From the NCBI GenBank assembly GCA_003134685.1, contig PLCA01000003.1:559123-623122 (forward strand): DNA of 64,000 nt, in the 5' to 3' direction. Source of the DNA: Gemmatimonadota bacterium (lineage in GTDB: Bacteria > Gemmatimonadota > Gemmatimonadetes > Gemmatimonadales > Gemmatimonadaceae). Positions within the stretch are counted from its first letter, which is position 1, and each line of letters starts with the position of its first letter. The notes below the pieces were generated by a model that was not told the origin of the DNA, ran no database searches, and saw only the letters and a list, made by a program, of their open reading frames with translations. The position numbers were made by a program, and so were the translations under genes. Below are positions 53,839-64,000 of the stretch, in pieces.

Positions 53839-56790
53839 GTGCGGCTGCGGACCTGGTTTTTCCTGCTGGCGTTGCCTTTACTCGGCAGTCTGATCGTGCT
53901 GCTCGGTGGGGCGGTGTGGGCCACGCGCGAGCGGGTTCAGGAGTTGGGGCACTTACAGCGCGATGGGAACTCAATCGCCGGGCTCGAGCGCCTCATTGTC
54001 GCGCTTGCCGGCGAAAGCCGCGAAACTGCCGCATCGCTCCTCCCCATTTCCGCCACCGGAGAGGCGGAAGCGCGGGAGACGCAAACGCAGCTCGCCGCCG
54101 CGCGCAGCTTTACGGACAGCGCTTTCGTCAGCAGCATGGCGAGCCTCGCGCAGGATCGCTCGGAATTCGTCACTGACACCAGCGCTAACGACCCCAGGGC
54201 GCTTCAGGAGCTGATCAATAACCTGCGTTTCGCCGAGAAAACCGCGCAGCAATGGTCGCAAGCAAAGAGATATCGTGAGGCCAATTTTGTTCGGATCGAG
54301 ATCGAGCGCATCAACGAAGAGTTGATCGCCGTCCAGCTCGTGGCCCGGTTCAACGCCGAACAGGCTGACCTCGAGCAAATCGCCAACTCGCTGGGGGCGG
54401 ATGAGATCATCAACCGCGTCACTCTGGGGTCAGCGCGCGTCCTGGTCGACAGCCTGAAGAGTGCGCTGGCACAGCTCGGAAGCGAGATGAGACTCACGCG
54501 CGCCTTTCAGCTGCTGCTCACCCGTCTCGACAATCGTGTGGCGGGGATTGCTGAAGGCGATGGCGGTCGTCACGCGGATTTGACGGCGTCGGTACGGGCC
54601 GCGCTGGACAGCCTGATCGTCGGATCTCGTGCCGATTCGAGCAGGCTCGATCTGCTCGCCTTCCGGCCCAGGATGGAGCGTGCATTGCTGCTCTCCGATT
54701 CCGTCGAGTCATTGCTTCTCTCCAATCATCGCGCTGCCGCTGCCGCCGTTCTCAGCGACCCTCTGGACATGTTCATCGATGGAACGGTCTTTCCGCAGCT
54801 GGAGGCACTGGCGCTGCGGCAGAATGCCGTCTTCAACACCGGTCTCGACCGGATCAGGTCGCGCGCGATGATGCTCAACGTCGGGCTCGTGATCTTCACC
54901 CTGTTTGTGCTGGTGTTCGTTTTCGCCGCCCCCCTCATGCTCTCGCGTTTTCTGATTCGTCCGGTCGCGTTTCTCACGCGTGTCGCGCGTGAAATCGGCT
55001 CGGGCAATTTCAAGACAGAGATTCGTCGCATCGGCGGGGGTGAGGTCGGCGAGCTGCAGGCGAGCTTCATCGACATGCGCAAGAAGCTGATGCGCCTCCA
55101 GGCAGAGCAGGCGGCGACAGAGCACGCCCTTCGCGAGGCCGCCGAGGCGCGGCAGGGGCGCGACGCAGCGGAGGCGGCGAGTCAGGCAAAGAGTGAGTTC
55201 CTCGCGAACATGAGCCACGAGATCCGCACTCCGATGAACGGCATCATCGGCATGACCGAGCTCGTTCTGGGAACAGACGTGACGGCGGAGCAGCGCGAGT
55301 ACCTCGAGACGGTTCGCTCGTCCAGCGATGCGCTGCTCGGAATCATCAATGACATCCTCGACTTCTCCAAGATCGAAGCGCGCAAGCTCGAGATCGACAC
55401 CATCGATTTCGATCTGCGCTACGCCATTGCCGATACTCTGCGCGCGCTTGCGCCGCGAGCCCATGCCAAGGGGTTGGAGTTGGCCTGCCAGATTTCTCCC
55501 GACATTCCTCCCGCGCTCGGCGGCGATCCGTCGCGCCTCCGGCAAATCATGAACAATCTGATCGGCAACGCGGTGAAGTTCACCGAGACGGGCGAAGTGG
55601 TCGTTCGGGTGGACTGCGAACGCATCGAGGGTAAGCGGGTGTCGGTGACTATCAGCGTGAGCGATACGGGCATCGGCATACCGAGAGAGCAACACGCGAC
55701 GATCTTCGACGCCTTTGTGCAAGCAGACGGATCGACAACACGTCGATTTGGAGGAACGGGCCTCGGCCTCACCATCTCCGCGCGCCTCGCCGAGTTGATG
55801 GGCGGAGCAATCCGGATAGAGAGCGAGCCCGGGCGCGGTACCCAGGTCTACGTCACTCTGCCCTTCGAGATCCGAGGCGCGCTGGCAATCCCGACGCCGT
55901 CCGGCGAGCTGAAGGACCTATATGGACTTGACGTCTTGGTGGTGGACGACAACGCGACGAATCGGCGGATTCTGGAGGAGATCCTCACCGTCTGGGGAAT
56001 GCGACCGACCCTGGTTGATGGAGGCCTGGCGGCGATCGCCGCGCTCGAGCGCGCACTCGCCGCCGGCAAGCCATTTCCATTGGCGATCATAGATTTTCAG
56101 ATGCCCGATCTGGACGGATTCGGTTTGGCGGGGCGCATCAAGGCGCGGCCGGAGCTGGCGACAACCATGATCATGATGCTCTCGTCCGTCGGCAATAAGG
56201 GTGACGGCGTTCGGTGCAGAGAGGTCGGGGTCGCTTCCTACCTCACCAAGCCTGTCCGTCAGTCGTTGCTGCTCGAGGCAATGCTGGCTGTACTCGCGAC
56301 CAACGAGCGCCCGCTCGGTCACCCGGTTGTCGTGACGCGGCATAGCCTCAACGAAGCGCATCGATCGTTGCGCATCCTCGTTGCGGAAGACAATGCCGTG
56401 AACCGGCTACTCGTGACGGCTCTGCTCAGAAAGCGCGGTCACACGATAGTCACCGCCGTTAACGGTCGCGAAGCGGTGGCCGCGGTGACGGAGGATTGCT
56501 TCGACATCGTGTTGATGGATGTGCAGATGCCGGAGATGGATGGTTTGCAGGCGACGGCAGCCATCCGGAAACTCGAGGCGGTAACAGGCGCACACGTGCC
56601 GATCATCGCGCTGACGGCGCACGCAATGAAAGGCGATCGAGAGATCTGCCTGGCGGCCGGTATGGACGAGTATCTATCGAAACCAATAAACCCCAAGCAG
56701 CTCTTCGCTCTCATCGAGTCACTCACCGGCGTGCCGGCGAGTACAACGCCGGACGCGGTGGTGATCCCTCCACCGGCAGAGGCAGCTTAA
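53839..56790 (+). CDS. Hybrid sensor histidine kinase (TM, HAMP, HisKA, HATPase, two REC domains)
   Basis: [52 protein letters not shown]. Confidence 0.95.
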   Translation: MRLRTWFFLLALPLLGSLIVLLGGAVWATRERVQELGHLQRDGNSIAGLERLIVALAGESRETAASLLPISATGEAEARETQTQLAAARSFTDSAFVSSMASLAQDRSEFVTDTSANDPRALQELINNLRFAEKTAQQWSQAKRYREANFVRIEIERINEELIAVQLVARFNAEQADLEQIANSLGADEIINRVTLGSARVLVDSLKSALAQLGSEMRLTRAFQLLLTRLDNRVAGIAEGDGGRHADLTASVRAALDSLIVGSRADSSRLDLLAFRPRMERALLLSDSVESLLLSNHRAAAAAVLSDPLDMFIDGTVFPQLEALALRQNAVFNTGLDRIRSRAMMLNVGLVIFTLFVLVFVFAAPLMLSRFLIRPVAFLTRVAREIGSGNFKTEIRRIGGGEVGELQASFIDMRKKLMRLQAEQAATEHALREAAEARQGRDAAEAASQAKSEFLANMSHEIRTPMNGIIGMTELVLGTDVTAEQREYLETVRSSSDALLGIINDILDFSKIEARKLEIDTIDFDLRYAIADTLRALAPRAHAKGLELACQISPDIPPALGGDPSRLRQIMNNLIGNAVKFTETGEVVVRVDCERIEGKRVSVTISVSDTGIGIPREQHATIFDAFVQADGSTTRRFGGTGLGLTISARLAELMGGAIRIESEPGRGTQVYVTLPFEIRGALAIPTPSGELKDLYGLDVLVVDDNATNRRILEEILTVWGMRPTLVDGGLAAIAALERALAAGKPFPLAIIDFQMPDLDGFGLAGRIKARPELATTMIMMLSSVGNKGDGVRCREVGVASYLTKPVRQSLLLEAMLAVLATNERPLGHPVVVTRHSLNEAHRSLRILVAEDNAVNRLLVTALLRKRGHTIVTAVNGREAVAAVTEDCFDIVLMDVQMPEMDGLQATAAIRKLEAVTGAHVPIIALTAHAMKGDREICLAAGMDEYLSKPINPKQLFALIESLTGVPASTTPDAVVIPPPAEAA

Positions 56791-56796
56791 GAAAAC

Positions 56797-57594
56797 CTAC
56801 CGCGCGGCCAACAGCTGCCGGATCTGAGTCACTGCGTCGTCGATTTTGTATTTGAGGAAAATATCGCCGAGCGCGGGCGAGGATCTGGTTGGATCACCGT
56901 CGACTCCAGTGATCGCGGTTCGCGCCCCTGTGCTCGCGGCCAACTTCTCTGATCGGATCAAGCGATGCTGGCCGTCGAGCGCCATCAGCTCCGACGTGTC
57001 ATCGAATCCCGCATGTACATCCGTGGTGGGCAGCCCGTGGGACGCGGCGTATGTCCGAGCCTGCTCTTTCTCCTTGAAATACACGTCACCCACATAGAAC
57101 ACGCGGACGCCGCGCGTCTTCCACTGCCCGTCGAGCTCCTTCGCGACTGCCGCCAGCTCGGTTTGGCCGTCCCCATGGTCTCCCATCAGGAAGACGTTCC
57201 TGAACCCCGCGTCCGCCGCACTCGTCGCAATGTCGTGCACCACACTTCGGAACGTCTGGGAGCTCAACGACACGGAGCCAGGGAATCTCATATGTCCCGT
57301 CTTCTGAGTGAGATCGCCCGTGATGGCAAACGGCAGCGTTGGATAAACCAGCGCATTGCCCAGCTTGATCGCTATCGCACCCGCGACCCAGCGCGCGATG
57401 AAGTTGTGTTTGCCGATCGCCATGTGCGGACCGTTCTGCTCGGTGCTGCCGACGTAGATGATTGCGCTCGTCTTACCCGCCGCGATCGCATACTGCACTT
57501 CCGGCCAGGTGAGATCTTCGATGTAGACAGACTGCTGGGCCCCGAGCGATGCTACGCAGATCGAGAGCGCAAGAAGAACCTTGAGCGCCATCAT
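56797..57594 (-). CDS. Creatininase family amidohydrolase
   Basis: GSTEQNGPHM, HMRFPGSVSL, GDHGDG, HAGFDDTS. Confidence 0.85.
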   Translation of the reverse strand: MMALKVLLALSICVASLGAQQSVYIEDLTWPEVQYAIAAGKTSAIIYVGSTEQNGPHMAIGKHNFIARWVAGAIAIKLGNALVYPTLPFAITGDLTQKTGHMRFPGSVSLSSQTFRSVVHDIATSAADAGFRNVFLMGDHGDGQTELAAVAKELDGQWKTRGVRVFYVGDVYFKEKEQARTYAASHGLPTTDVHAGFDDTSELMALDGQHRLIRSEKLAASTGARTAITGVDGDPTRSSPALGDIFLKYKIDDAVTQIRQLLAAR

Positions 57595-58817
57595 CGCATA
57601 TTACCCGTGTGGCCCAATGAGTAGCGGCCGGGCTGCGGCCAGACAGCGAGGCCGTGTGGCTCGCGCCCGACAGGAATGCGATGAGTCAGCTTCCCCGTTT
57701 GGGTGTCGAAGACGTAAACCTCGTCGTCGTAGCGGCCCGAGACCCAGAGCTCTTTGCCGTCGGCGCTGACGTTGCCCATGTCGGGACTGCCGCCGCCCGG
57801 AATCGGCCAATTGGCGACAACACTGTCGGTCGCCGGATCGAGAACCGAGATAGACCCAGGACCGTGACGACCGGCCGCGAGCGTGGTCCAGCCGCGGTTA
57901 GTTACGTAGAGATACTTGCCGTCGCGACTCGGGAAGATTCCGTGTGTCCCGACGCCGGTGTGAATGAAATCGACTCGCTCGAATTTCTCCGGATCCACGA
58001 CGAAGACTCCGTTCTTCTTCATGTCCGCGACGTAGAACTTCGAGCCGTCGGCCGAGGAGCGTATGTCCTGCGGCATCGAGGGCACTCGCATGAGCGCGGC
58101 CATGCCAGTCGTTCGATATTTCTTGCGTCCAAAGAGGCGGGCGATTGGTGGTGGGATGTAATCCTTCCACGAGGCGGGGTCGAGCGTCAGGTATCCCGCT
58201 ACGGAGCGTGTCGCGAGGTCGATCTTCACCACCTGGCCCGAGAACTCACACGTCGCAATCGCGTAGGCGTTGTCCGCCGTGAACTCCACGTGGTCGAGTC
58301 CCTTGCACGCTACACGCAGAGACTGCACGAGAGTCATCGTGTGCGGGTCGCGAAAATCAATTCGTCGGCGCGCTTCTGCAATTACCATCGCGTACTTGCC
58401 GTCCGGGGTGAAGTAGAGGTTGTACGGATCGTCCACGCGGACCGGCTTTCCAGCAATGCCCGTAGTTGGATCGATCGGCGTGAGAGTACCGCTCGAGTTG
58501 TTGGCGACCCACAGAGTCTTCAGGTCGTACGAAGGCACGACGTGCTGCGGTACTTTCCCGGTCGCGAAGGTGCGAACCACCTGATAGGTGTGGGGATCGA
58601 TGACGCTCACGGTGCCGGAGCGCGAGTTCGGCACGTAGACCATCGGGAGGGCGCGAGCTGCTTCCGGTGCGAGCGCGTTCGCGCCCGTGTTCGCGTAGAT
58701 GTTCACGCTGCTTCGAGCGTGGGACCCTCCGGCCGCCACATGGCGCGCACCGGCCTGGGTCTGGTCGCCGCAAGCGGTCGAGGCACTGATGCATATCAGC
58801 GCAAGCAACTTGTTCAT
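57591..58817 (-). CDS. YncE/YVTN beta-propeller lipoprotein
   Basis: TACG lipobox, VYVPN..SGTVSVID, IPVGREPHG repeats; ATGA overlap with the creatininase gene. Confidence 0.85.
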   Translation of the reverse strand: MNKLLALICISASTACGDQTQAGARHVAAGGSHARSSVNIYANTGANALAPEAARALPMVYVPNSRSGTVSVIDPHTYQVVRTFATGKVPQHVVPSYDLKTLWVANNSSGTLTPIDPTTGIAGKPVRVDDPYNLYFTPDGKYAMVIAEARRRIDFRDPHTMTLVQSLRVACKGLDHVEFTADNAYAIATCEFSGQVVKIDLATRSVAGYLTLDPASWKDYIPPPIARLFGRKKYRTTGMAALMRVPSMPQDIRSSADGSKFYVADMKKNGVFVVDPEKFERVDFIHTGVGTHGIFPSRDGKYLYVTNRGWTTLAAGRHGPGSISVLDPATDSVVANWPIPGGGSPDMGNVSADGKELWVSGRYDDEVYVFDTQTGKLTHRIPVGREPHGLAVWPQPGRYSLGHTGNMR

Positions 58818-59021
58818 GGTTTCAACACTCGGACTCGGCCGCGTTCGACAACTGCAGGGCCAAGATTACAGAGAGATTACGAAAGGTGGAATGTCGTCAT
58901 CGAACAGTGCAGAAACCGTGCGATGCCGCGGCGGATTGTCCCGGCTTGGCCGGATTGTCCCCTCCACCTCGCGAGTCCAGGCGTCCGGGTCACGGTTGCT
59001 GGCTGCTGGTTCCGAGCTTCA

Positions 59022-60044
59022 CTACGATTCAGATCCTTTCGATCCGAATCGCGCCCGATACGCACGCGGCGTAACGTTTAGCACTCGTCGCATTGTCCGT
59101 CGCAGCACCTCCGGCGATCCGTATCCGCATTCTGCGGCGATGCGCGCGAGACCGTGGGTCGATTGCGACAATCTTACGGAGGCGAGCTCCAACCGAAGCC
59201 TGTCTACGTACTCGCCCGGTGTCATACCCACATCGCGCGTAAAGACGCGCGCGAAATTGCGAGGGCTCATCCCGGCGCGATTCGCGAGCTGCGGTATCGT
59301 CAGGCGTTCCTTGAGGTGGCCCGGAAGCCACTGTTGCAGCTCACGAATTGGCTCGCGATCACTTAGCTGATCAGCCAGGGGCGCGCTGAATTGCGATTGC
59401 GAGCCGGGCCGTCTCAAGAAGAGAACGAGCTCTCGCGCGACGCGCAGCGATAGCTCGGGCCCATAGTCTTCTTCCACCATCGCCAGCGCCAGGTCCATTC
59501 CCGCGGTGACACCACCAGACGTGTAGATGCCGTGATCGCGCGTGTGTATCGGATCGGGATCGACGATGACATTGGGAAACATTTCCGCGAGTCTCCGGGC
59601 CCACGCCCAATGCGTGGTTGCCCGCTTGCCATCGAGCAAGCCCGCTTGTGCGAGCGCGAACGCTCCTGTGCACACCGCGCCGATGCGCCGAACGCCCTTG
59701 GACTGACGGCGAAGCCAGGGCACGAATTCCCGGTCGAACGCCAGATCCTCCATCCTTGCCCCGCCGACCACGAGGAGCGTGTCGGGCGTCTCGCGCAATT
59801 CCGAGTACGCGCCCTCCACCTGAATCGTGAGGCCCGCGGTCGTCGTTATGACTCCGCGCTTTCGGAGGCTCAGGACTTTTACGCGATAGGGCGGCGCCGA
59901 CGAAGACTCCTCAGCAGCGTGTATGCGAGTGCATCGCGCGAATACTTCGACCGGTCCAGCCAGGTCGAGAACCTGCGTATCGTCGCCAGCTATGAAAACA
60001 ACGAGCCGATTGCGGCGGTCAGTGACAGGTCGCCGGGATCGCAT
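59022..60044 (-). CDS. GlxA family transcriptional regulator (DJ-1/PfpI plus AraC)
   Basis: LDLAGPVEVF, VCTGAF, ATTHW, TSGGVTAGMDLAL, RRPGSQSQFS, AraC HTH; start uncertain. Confidence 0.92.
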   Translation of the reverse strand: MRSRRPVTDRRNRLVVFIAGDDTQVLDLAGPVEVFARCTRIHAAEESSSAPPYRVKVLSLRKRGVITTTAGLTIQVEGAYSELRETPDTLLVVGGARMEDLAFDREFVPWLRRQSKGVRRIGAVCTGAFALAQAGLLDGKRATTHWAWARRLAEMFPNVIVDPDPIHTRDHGIYTSGGVTAGMDLALAMVEEDYGPELSLRVARELVLFLRRPGSQSQFSAPLADQLSDREPIRELQQWLPGHLKERLTIPQLANRAGMSPRNFARVFTRDVGMTPGEYVDRLRLELASVRLSQSTHGLARIAAECGYGSPEVLRRTMRRVLNVTPRAYRARFGSKGSES

Positions 60045-60804
60045 ATGGATCTCCAGTGACGGGAACATTCGCCTCTCCCCAAAGCAGCAGTCCGACGGTG
60101 AGCGGCTCGCCCGTCTCCACATCCCGCTCGATCGAGCGAAATGCAAAGAGGACTCCGCTCAACGGCCGGTAGTCGTCGAGCACCAGCTCGACCAACCGCG
60201 ATGGCTCGCCGGGGTGCATCGGGCGGTGATTACGGACGCGATTCAGAAGGAATGAGTGTGAATCCAGGAAATAAGAGCCCTGGTTCCCGTCCGTCTGTGT
60301 AACGTCGATCTGATACAGATCCTGACCCCCGAGCCGGACCCGCCCTTTCAACTGCGCGGTGGCGGCGTGTGACAGCGCCGCGAGCAGTGGATCGTCGAAC
60401 TCTTCAGCCGCCCGCCGCGTCGCGTTTCTCGCCCCGGAATCGGGCGCGCAGTTCTCCTTGCCCGGCGCACCCTCCCAGCTTCCGGACCCGGTGTAGACCT
60501 CGGTGAATACGAGGTCTCCTCCATGCATCATTCTGACGCGAAGAAGATTGGGCCGACGGCGATCGATGAACAGTGGATGAAGGGTGCCACGCTCATTGAC
60601 GATTGCCGACATCTGGAAAGACTGAATCGAGTCAAGCCTTTTCTGACCGCCTATCGCGGTCACGTGCCGGGCGACGATCCTCGCGAGCTCAGGGGTCTGG
60701 GCCGCGGTCGCCTCGGCGCCAACGAAAGCGGCGAGCAGAATCAGCGCGGGTTCCCAGGAGAGGGAGAAGATTTTTTCCTGAATTGAAGACAGACTCATGG
60801 TCAA
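60019..60804 (-). CDS. Secreted hypothetical protein (LolA-like fold possible)
   Basis: Signal-like segment followed by IVARHVTAIGG..RLDSIQS. Confidence 0.6.
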   Translation of the reverse strand: MTMSLSSIQEKIFSLSWEPALILLAAFVGAEATAAQTPELARIVARHVTAIGGQKRLDSIQSFQMSAIVNERGTLHPLFIDRRRPNLLRVRMMHGGDLVFTEVYTGSGSWEGAPGKENCAPDSGARNATRRAAEEFDDPLLAALSHAATAQLKGRVRLGGQDLYQIDVTQTDGNQGSYFLDSHSFLLNRVRNHRPMHPGEPSRLVELVLDDYRPLSGVLFAFRSIERDVETGEPLTVGLLLWGEANVPVTGDPYAIPATCH

Positions 60805-61008
60805 CTCTGGCTACTGTAGGTGTGGATGCTGCTACTATCAGCGCCTCAGCTGTTGGCCGCAATGCCATTGATGGGACGATTTCGGCCATGCCATCCAGCC
60901 TCCTCCTCCAGCTGCCTTACCGTCCTTCCTATAGTAGTAACAGATGTATCGCGCCTCGCGACGTAGCGCACCATACATTCCAACAACCCCGCAACTTCCG
61001 GAGCCCCT

Positions 61009-62883
61009 GTGAAACGCATCATCCTTGGCTTCGCCGTGCTCGCGCTGCCGCTCACCGTGCGCGCTCAGGACGCCGATTTCATCCGCGCCAATTTCACCAA
61101 GAGCGAAGTCCTCATCCCAATGCGCGACGGCGTGCGGTTGTTCACATCCATCTTCACGCCCCGCGACACATCCACGCGCCATCCCATCATCCTGATGCGC
61201 ACGCCGTACAGCGTGGCGCCGTACGGGCGCGACAGCGTCCCTCAGGGGGTCGACAATCAGGTCCGCGCCTACATGCACCAGGGGTACATCATCGTCCGGC
61301 AGGACGTGCGCGGACGCTACATGTCCGAAGGGGAATTCGCCGACGTGCGTCCCGTCATCGTCGCGCCCAAGTCGAAGCGCGACATCGATGAGTCCACCGA
61401 CACATACGACACCGCCGAGTGGCTGATCCACAATGTGCCCTTCAACAACGGCAATATCGGCGTGCGCGGCACGTCGTACCCCGGGTTCTACTCCTCGATG
61501 GCCGCGATCTCGGCGCACCCAGCGATCAAGGCGGTTTCTCCGCAGGCGCCGGTGACCGAGTGGATGAGCGGCGACGACTTCTTTCACCACGGCGCCCTGC
61601 TCCTCCCGCACGCGTTCGACTTCTACAGCTCATTCGGCTGGCCCCGCCCCAGTCCCAAAAGCACGCCCGACCCGCGCTTCGACCACGGCACGCCCGACGG
61701 TTACGCGTTCTTCATGAAACTCGGCGCGCTCTCGAACGTCAATCCGCGCTACTTCCACAATCACGTCGCCTTCTGGGATTCACTGTCGAGTCATCCGCAG
61801 TGGGATTCGTTCTGGGCCGCGCGAAGCGCCAGGCCGCATCTGAAAAACCTGAAGGCCGCGATGCTCTGGGTCGGCGGCTGGTTCGACACCGAGAACCAGT
61901 GGGGCGCGCTCAACGCGTACGCCGCGGCTGAAAAGCAGAATCCCGGACTCGTCAACAGGCTGGTGATGGGACCGTGGTCGCACGGCCAGTGGAACCGTGG
62001 CAGTGGCGACACGCTCGGCGTACTGGCCTGGGGATCGAAGACGGATGACTTCTTCACCGACAGCATCGAAGTGCCGTTCTTCAATCACTATCTCAAGAAC
62101 GGACCCGCTCCCCGTACGTATGAAGCCGCGATGTTCGAAACGGGCACCAATCAGTGGCGCTTCCTCGACAAGTGGCCGCCAGCCAACACGACCAACACGA
62201 ATCTCTATCTGCAGGCTGGCGGCCTGCTCGGATTCACTGCGCCGCCTGCCGGCGCAAGCTTCGATGAGTACGTCAGCGATCCCGCCAAACCGGTTCCGTA
62301 CACAGCCGAGACGAGGCACTGGTACAACCCCGCGTTCATGGACGAAGACCAGCGCTTCGCGTCCGAGCGCCCCGACGTGCTGGTGTACGAGACTGCACCC
62401 CTCACCCGCGATATCACCATCGCGGGGCCGATCGTCGCGGACTTCGTGGTATCCACGTCGGGCACGGACTGCGACTGGATCGTCAAGCTGATCGATGTCT
62501 TCCCGGACACACTCATGTCATCGGGCACGCGCACGCAGTCGGGCCCGGGGAGCTGGGCGCGGCCGTTGGGGGGCTACGAAATGCTGGTGCGCGGCGACGT
62601 GCTGCGCGGGAAGTTCCGTGATAGCATGTCCGCGCCCAAGCCGTTCGTTCCACGCGCAGCGACGCCGGTCAGGTTCACGCTCAACGATGCGTTCCATACT
62701 TTCCGAACGGGCCACCGCATCATGGTCCAGGTGCAGAGTACCTGGTTCCCGATGATCGACCGGAACCCAGGCACGTTCATGGACATCTTCCAGGCGAAGG
62801 ACGCGGATTTTCATCGCACGACGCAGCGCGTATTCCACTCGGCTGATCGCGCGTCACACGTGGTCCTCCCCGTAATGCCGTAG
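61009..62883 (+). CDS. CocE/NonD family hydrolase
   Basis: IPMRDGVRL, RTPY, QDVRGRYMSEG, GTSYPG, GGWFD, GPWSHG. Confidence 0.95.
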   Translation: MKRIILGFAVLALPLTVRAQDADFIRANFTKSEVLIPMRDGVRLFTSIFTPRDTSTRHPIILMRTPYSVAPYGRDSVPQGVDNQVRAYMHQGYIIVRQDVRGRYMSEGEFADVRPVIVAPKSKRDIDESTDTYDTAEWLIHNVPFNNGNIGVRGTSYPGFYSSMAAISAHPAIKAVSPQAPVTEWMSGDDFFHHGALLLPHAFDFYSSFGWPRPSPKSTPDPRFDHGTPDGYAFFMKLGALSNVNPRYFHNHVAFWDSLSSHPQWDSFWAARSARPHLKNLKAAMLWVGGWFDTENQWGALNAYAAAEKQNPGLVNRLVMGPWSHGQWNRGSGDTLGVLAWGSKTDDFFTDSIEVPFFNHYLKNGPAPRTYEAAMFETGTNQWRFLDKWPPANTTNTNLYLQAGGLLGFTAPPAGASFDEYVSDPAKPVPYTAETRHWYNPAFMDEDQRFASERPDVLVYETAPLTRDITIAGPIVADFVVSTSGTDCDWIVKLIDVFPDTLMSSGTRTQSGPGSWARPLGGYEMLVRGDVLRGKFRDSMSAPKPFVPRAATPVRFTLNDAFHTFRTGHRIMVQVQSTWFPMIDRNPGTFMDIFQAKDADFHRTTQRVFHSADRASHVVLPVMP

Positions 62884-63067
62884 GAACAGACCAGTTTTCG
62901 CCCCTCTATTTCTACAATACTAAAGCAGGGAGCCGTAAGCTTTGCAGCTCTCTAGCTGGGAGCTTCTCTATTGGCGGTCCGGAAGAACCTTAGGCTGGTC
63001 GGAACTCGATGAAAGAGCGATCACCAACGGCCTGACAATATCAGATTCCATCAAGGCGCACGGGGTT

Positions 63068-64000
63068 TCATTCGTCAAACCTCCGAATGAACCAGGTCTT
63101 CACCACCTGTGTCAGAATCGCATAGCCCAGCAGCATGAAGGCCAGATACAACCAGTACCGCGGCGGGAGCGGGACAAACCCGAGCGTGTTCGCCAGGGGC
63201 GAAACCGTCAGCCAGGCGCCAACGGCGACGATGATCACGGATGTGGTGATGAGCGGCCAACTCGCCCGACTTTCGATGAAAGGGATCTTGTTGGTGCGAA
63301 TGACGTGGATGATCAACGTCTGCGTGAAGAGCGACTCCACGAACCAGCCGGTACGGAACAGGGCCGGGTTGTGCCAGCAGTCGAAGATGTACAGCATCAT
63401 GAAGAACGTCAGGTAATCGAAGATCGAGCTGATCGGCCCGATGAACAAAATGAAGCGCAGGATTTTTCCAATCGTCCACTGGCGCGGCTTGATCAGCCAG
63501 TCATCGTCCACCTGATCGGTCGGGATGGTGGTCTGCGAGAAATCGTACAGCAGATTGTTGGTCAGCACCTGGATCGGCAACATCGGAAGGAACGGCAGGA
63601 ACGCGCTCGCCCCTACGACGCTGAACATGTTCCCGAAGTTCGAGCTCGCCGCCATCTTGATGTACTTGACGATGTTGCCGAACACCCGCCGGCCTTCCAG
63701 CACGCCCTGCTCCAGCACCAGCAGGCTGTTTTCCAGCAGGATGATGTCGGATGACTCCTTGGCAATGTCGACCGCGCTGTCCACCGAGATGCCGACATCG
63801 GCGGCCTTCAAAGCCGGCGCGTCGTTGATGCCATCGCCCATGAACCCCAACACGTGGCCTTTGCTCTGGAGCGCGCGGATGATGCGCTCCTTATGAGCCG
63901 GGACCAGCCTGGCAAAAACGCTGGTGACGCTCGCGGCCGCGGCCAGCTCCGTCTCGCTCATCGCCTCGATCTGTGAGCCGAGTAGGAGATGCTCTACCGG
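63068..64000 (-). CDS. mgtA: Magnesium-translocating P-type ATPase, C-terminal part
   Basis: FARLVPAHK, GDGINDAPAL, EGRRVFGNIVKYIKMAASSNFGN, FRTGWFVES. Confidence 0.93.
   Translation of the reverse strand, partial: PVEHLLLGSQIEAMSETELAAAASVTSVFARLVPAHKERIIRALQSKGHVLGFMGDGINDAPALKAADVGISVDSAVDIAKESSDIILLENSLLVLEQGVLEGRRVFGNIVKYIKMAASSNFGNMFSVVGASAFLPFLPMLPIQVLTNNLLYDFSQTTIPTDQVDDDWLIKPRQWTIGKILRFILFIGPISSIFDYLTFFMMLYIFDCWHNPALFRTGWFVESLFTQTLIIHVIRTNKIPFIESRASWPLITTSVIIVAVGAWLTVSPLANTLGFVPLPPRYWLYLAFMLLGYAILTQVVKTWFIRRFDE

Noticed and set aside
57654-59081. 475-aa plus-strand ORF, and similar long shadows (4811..5506, 15176..16024, 16248..17057, 30301..30987, 39504..40400, 54709..55722, 62942..63754)
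   Set aside because: They are antisense to well-supported genes and have no motifs, as expected in high-GC DNA
1-64000. CRISPR array or cas genes
   Set aside because: No regularly spaced repeats with unique spacers and no Cas motifs were seen

Overview
High-GC bacterial chromosomal window. The paralog content (two Hanks-type Ser/Thr kinases with TolB-like/TPR tails, DinB proteins, secreted S9/CocE/carboxylesterase hydrolases, four-helix-bundle genes) suggests Gemmatimonadota; this is inferred, not shown. Roughly 7.5-42.5 kb is accessory DNA. It holds a 4-TM coiled-coil plus vWA lipoprotein operon and a cluster of type II toxin-antitoxin loci: yefM-yoeB is intact, while doc has a His-to-Gln substitution, DUF4160 is internally deleted and DUF6883 is a fragment. 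It also holds a duplicated membrane-protein/prolyl-oligopeptidase block and an A/T-richer defence island beside tRNA-Gln(CUG). The island carries a RusA-like plus REase-HEPN pair, an Hna-like SF2 helicase-nuclease, a frameshifted NucS-like/DUF5655 gene, DUF429 and type III R-M mod/res, with DUF2779 and a GIY-YIG gene on the other side of the tRNA. Two four-helix-bundle genes are each enclosed by long inverted repeats, and gene-less inverted-repeat elements lie near 40.6 and 53.4 kb. The right third is mostly ordinary: tatA, rodA, esterases, two histidine kinases, creatininase, a GlxA-type regulator, CocE/NonD and a partial mgtA. No CRISPR array, rRNA, integrase or transposase was seen. All family calls are from motif recognition by eye; no database search was run.
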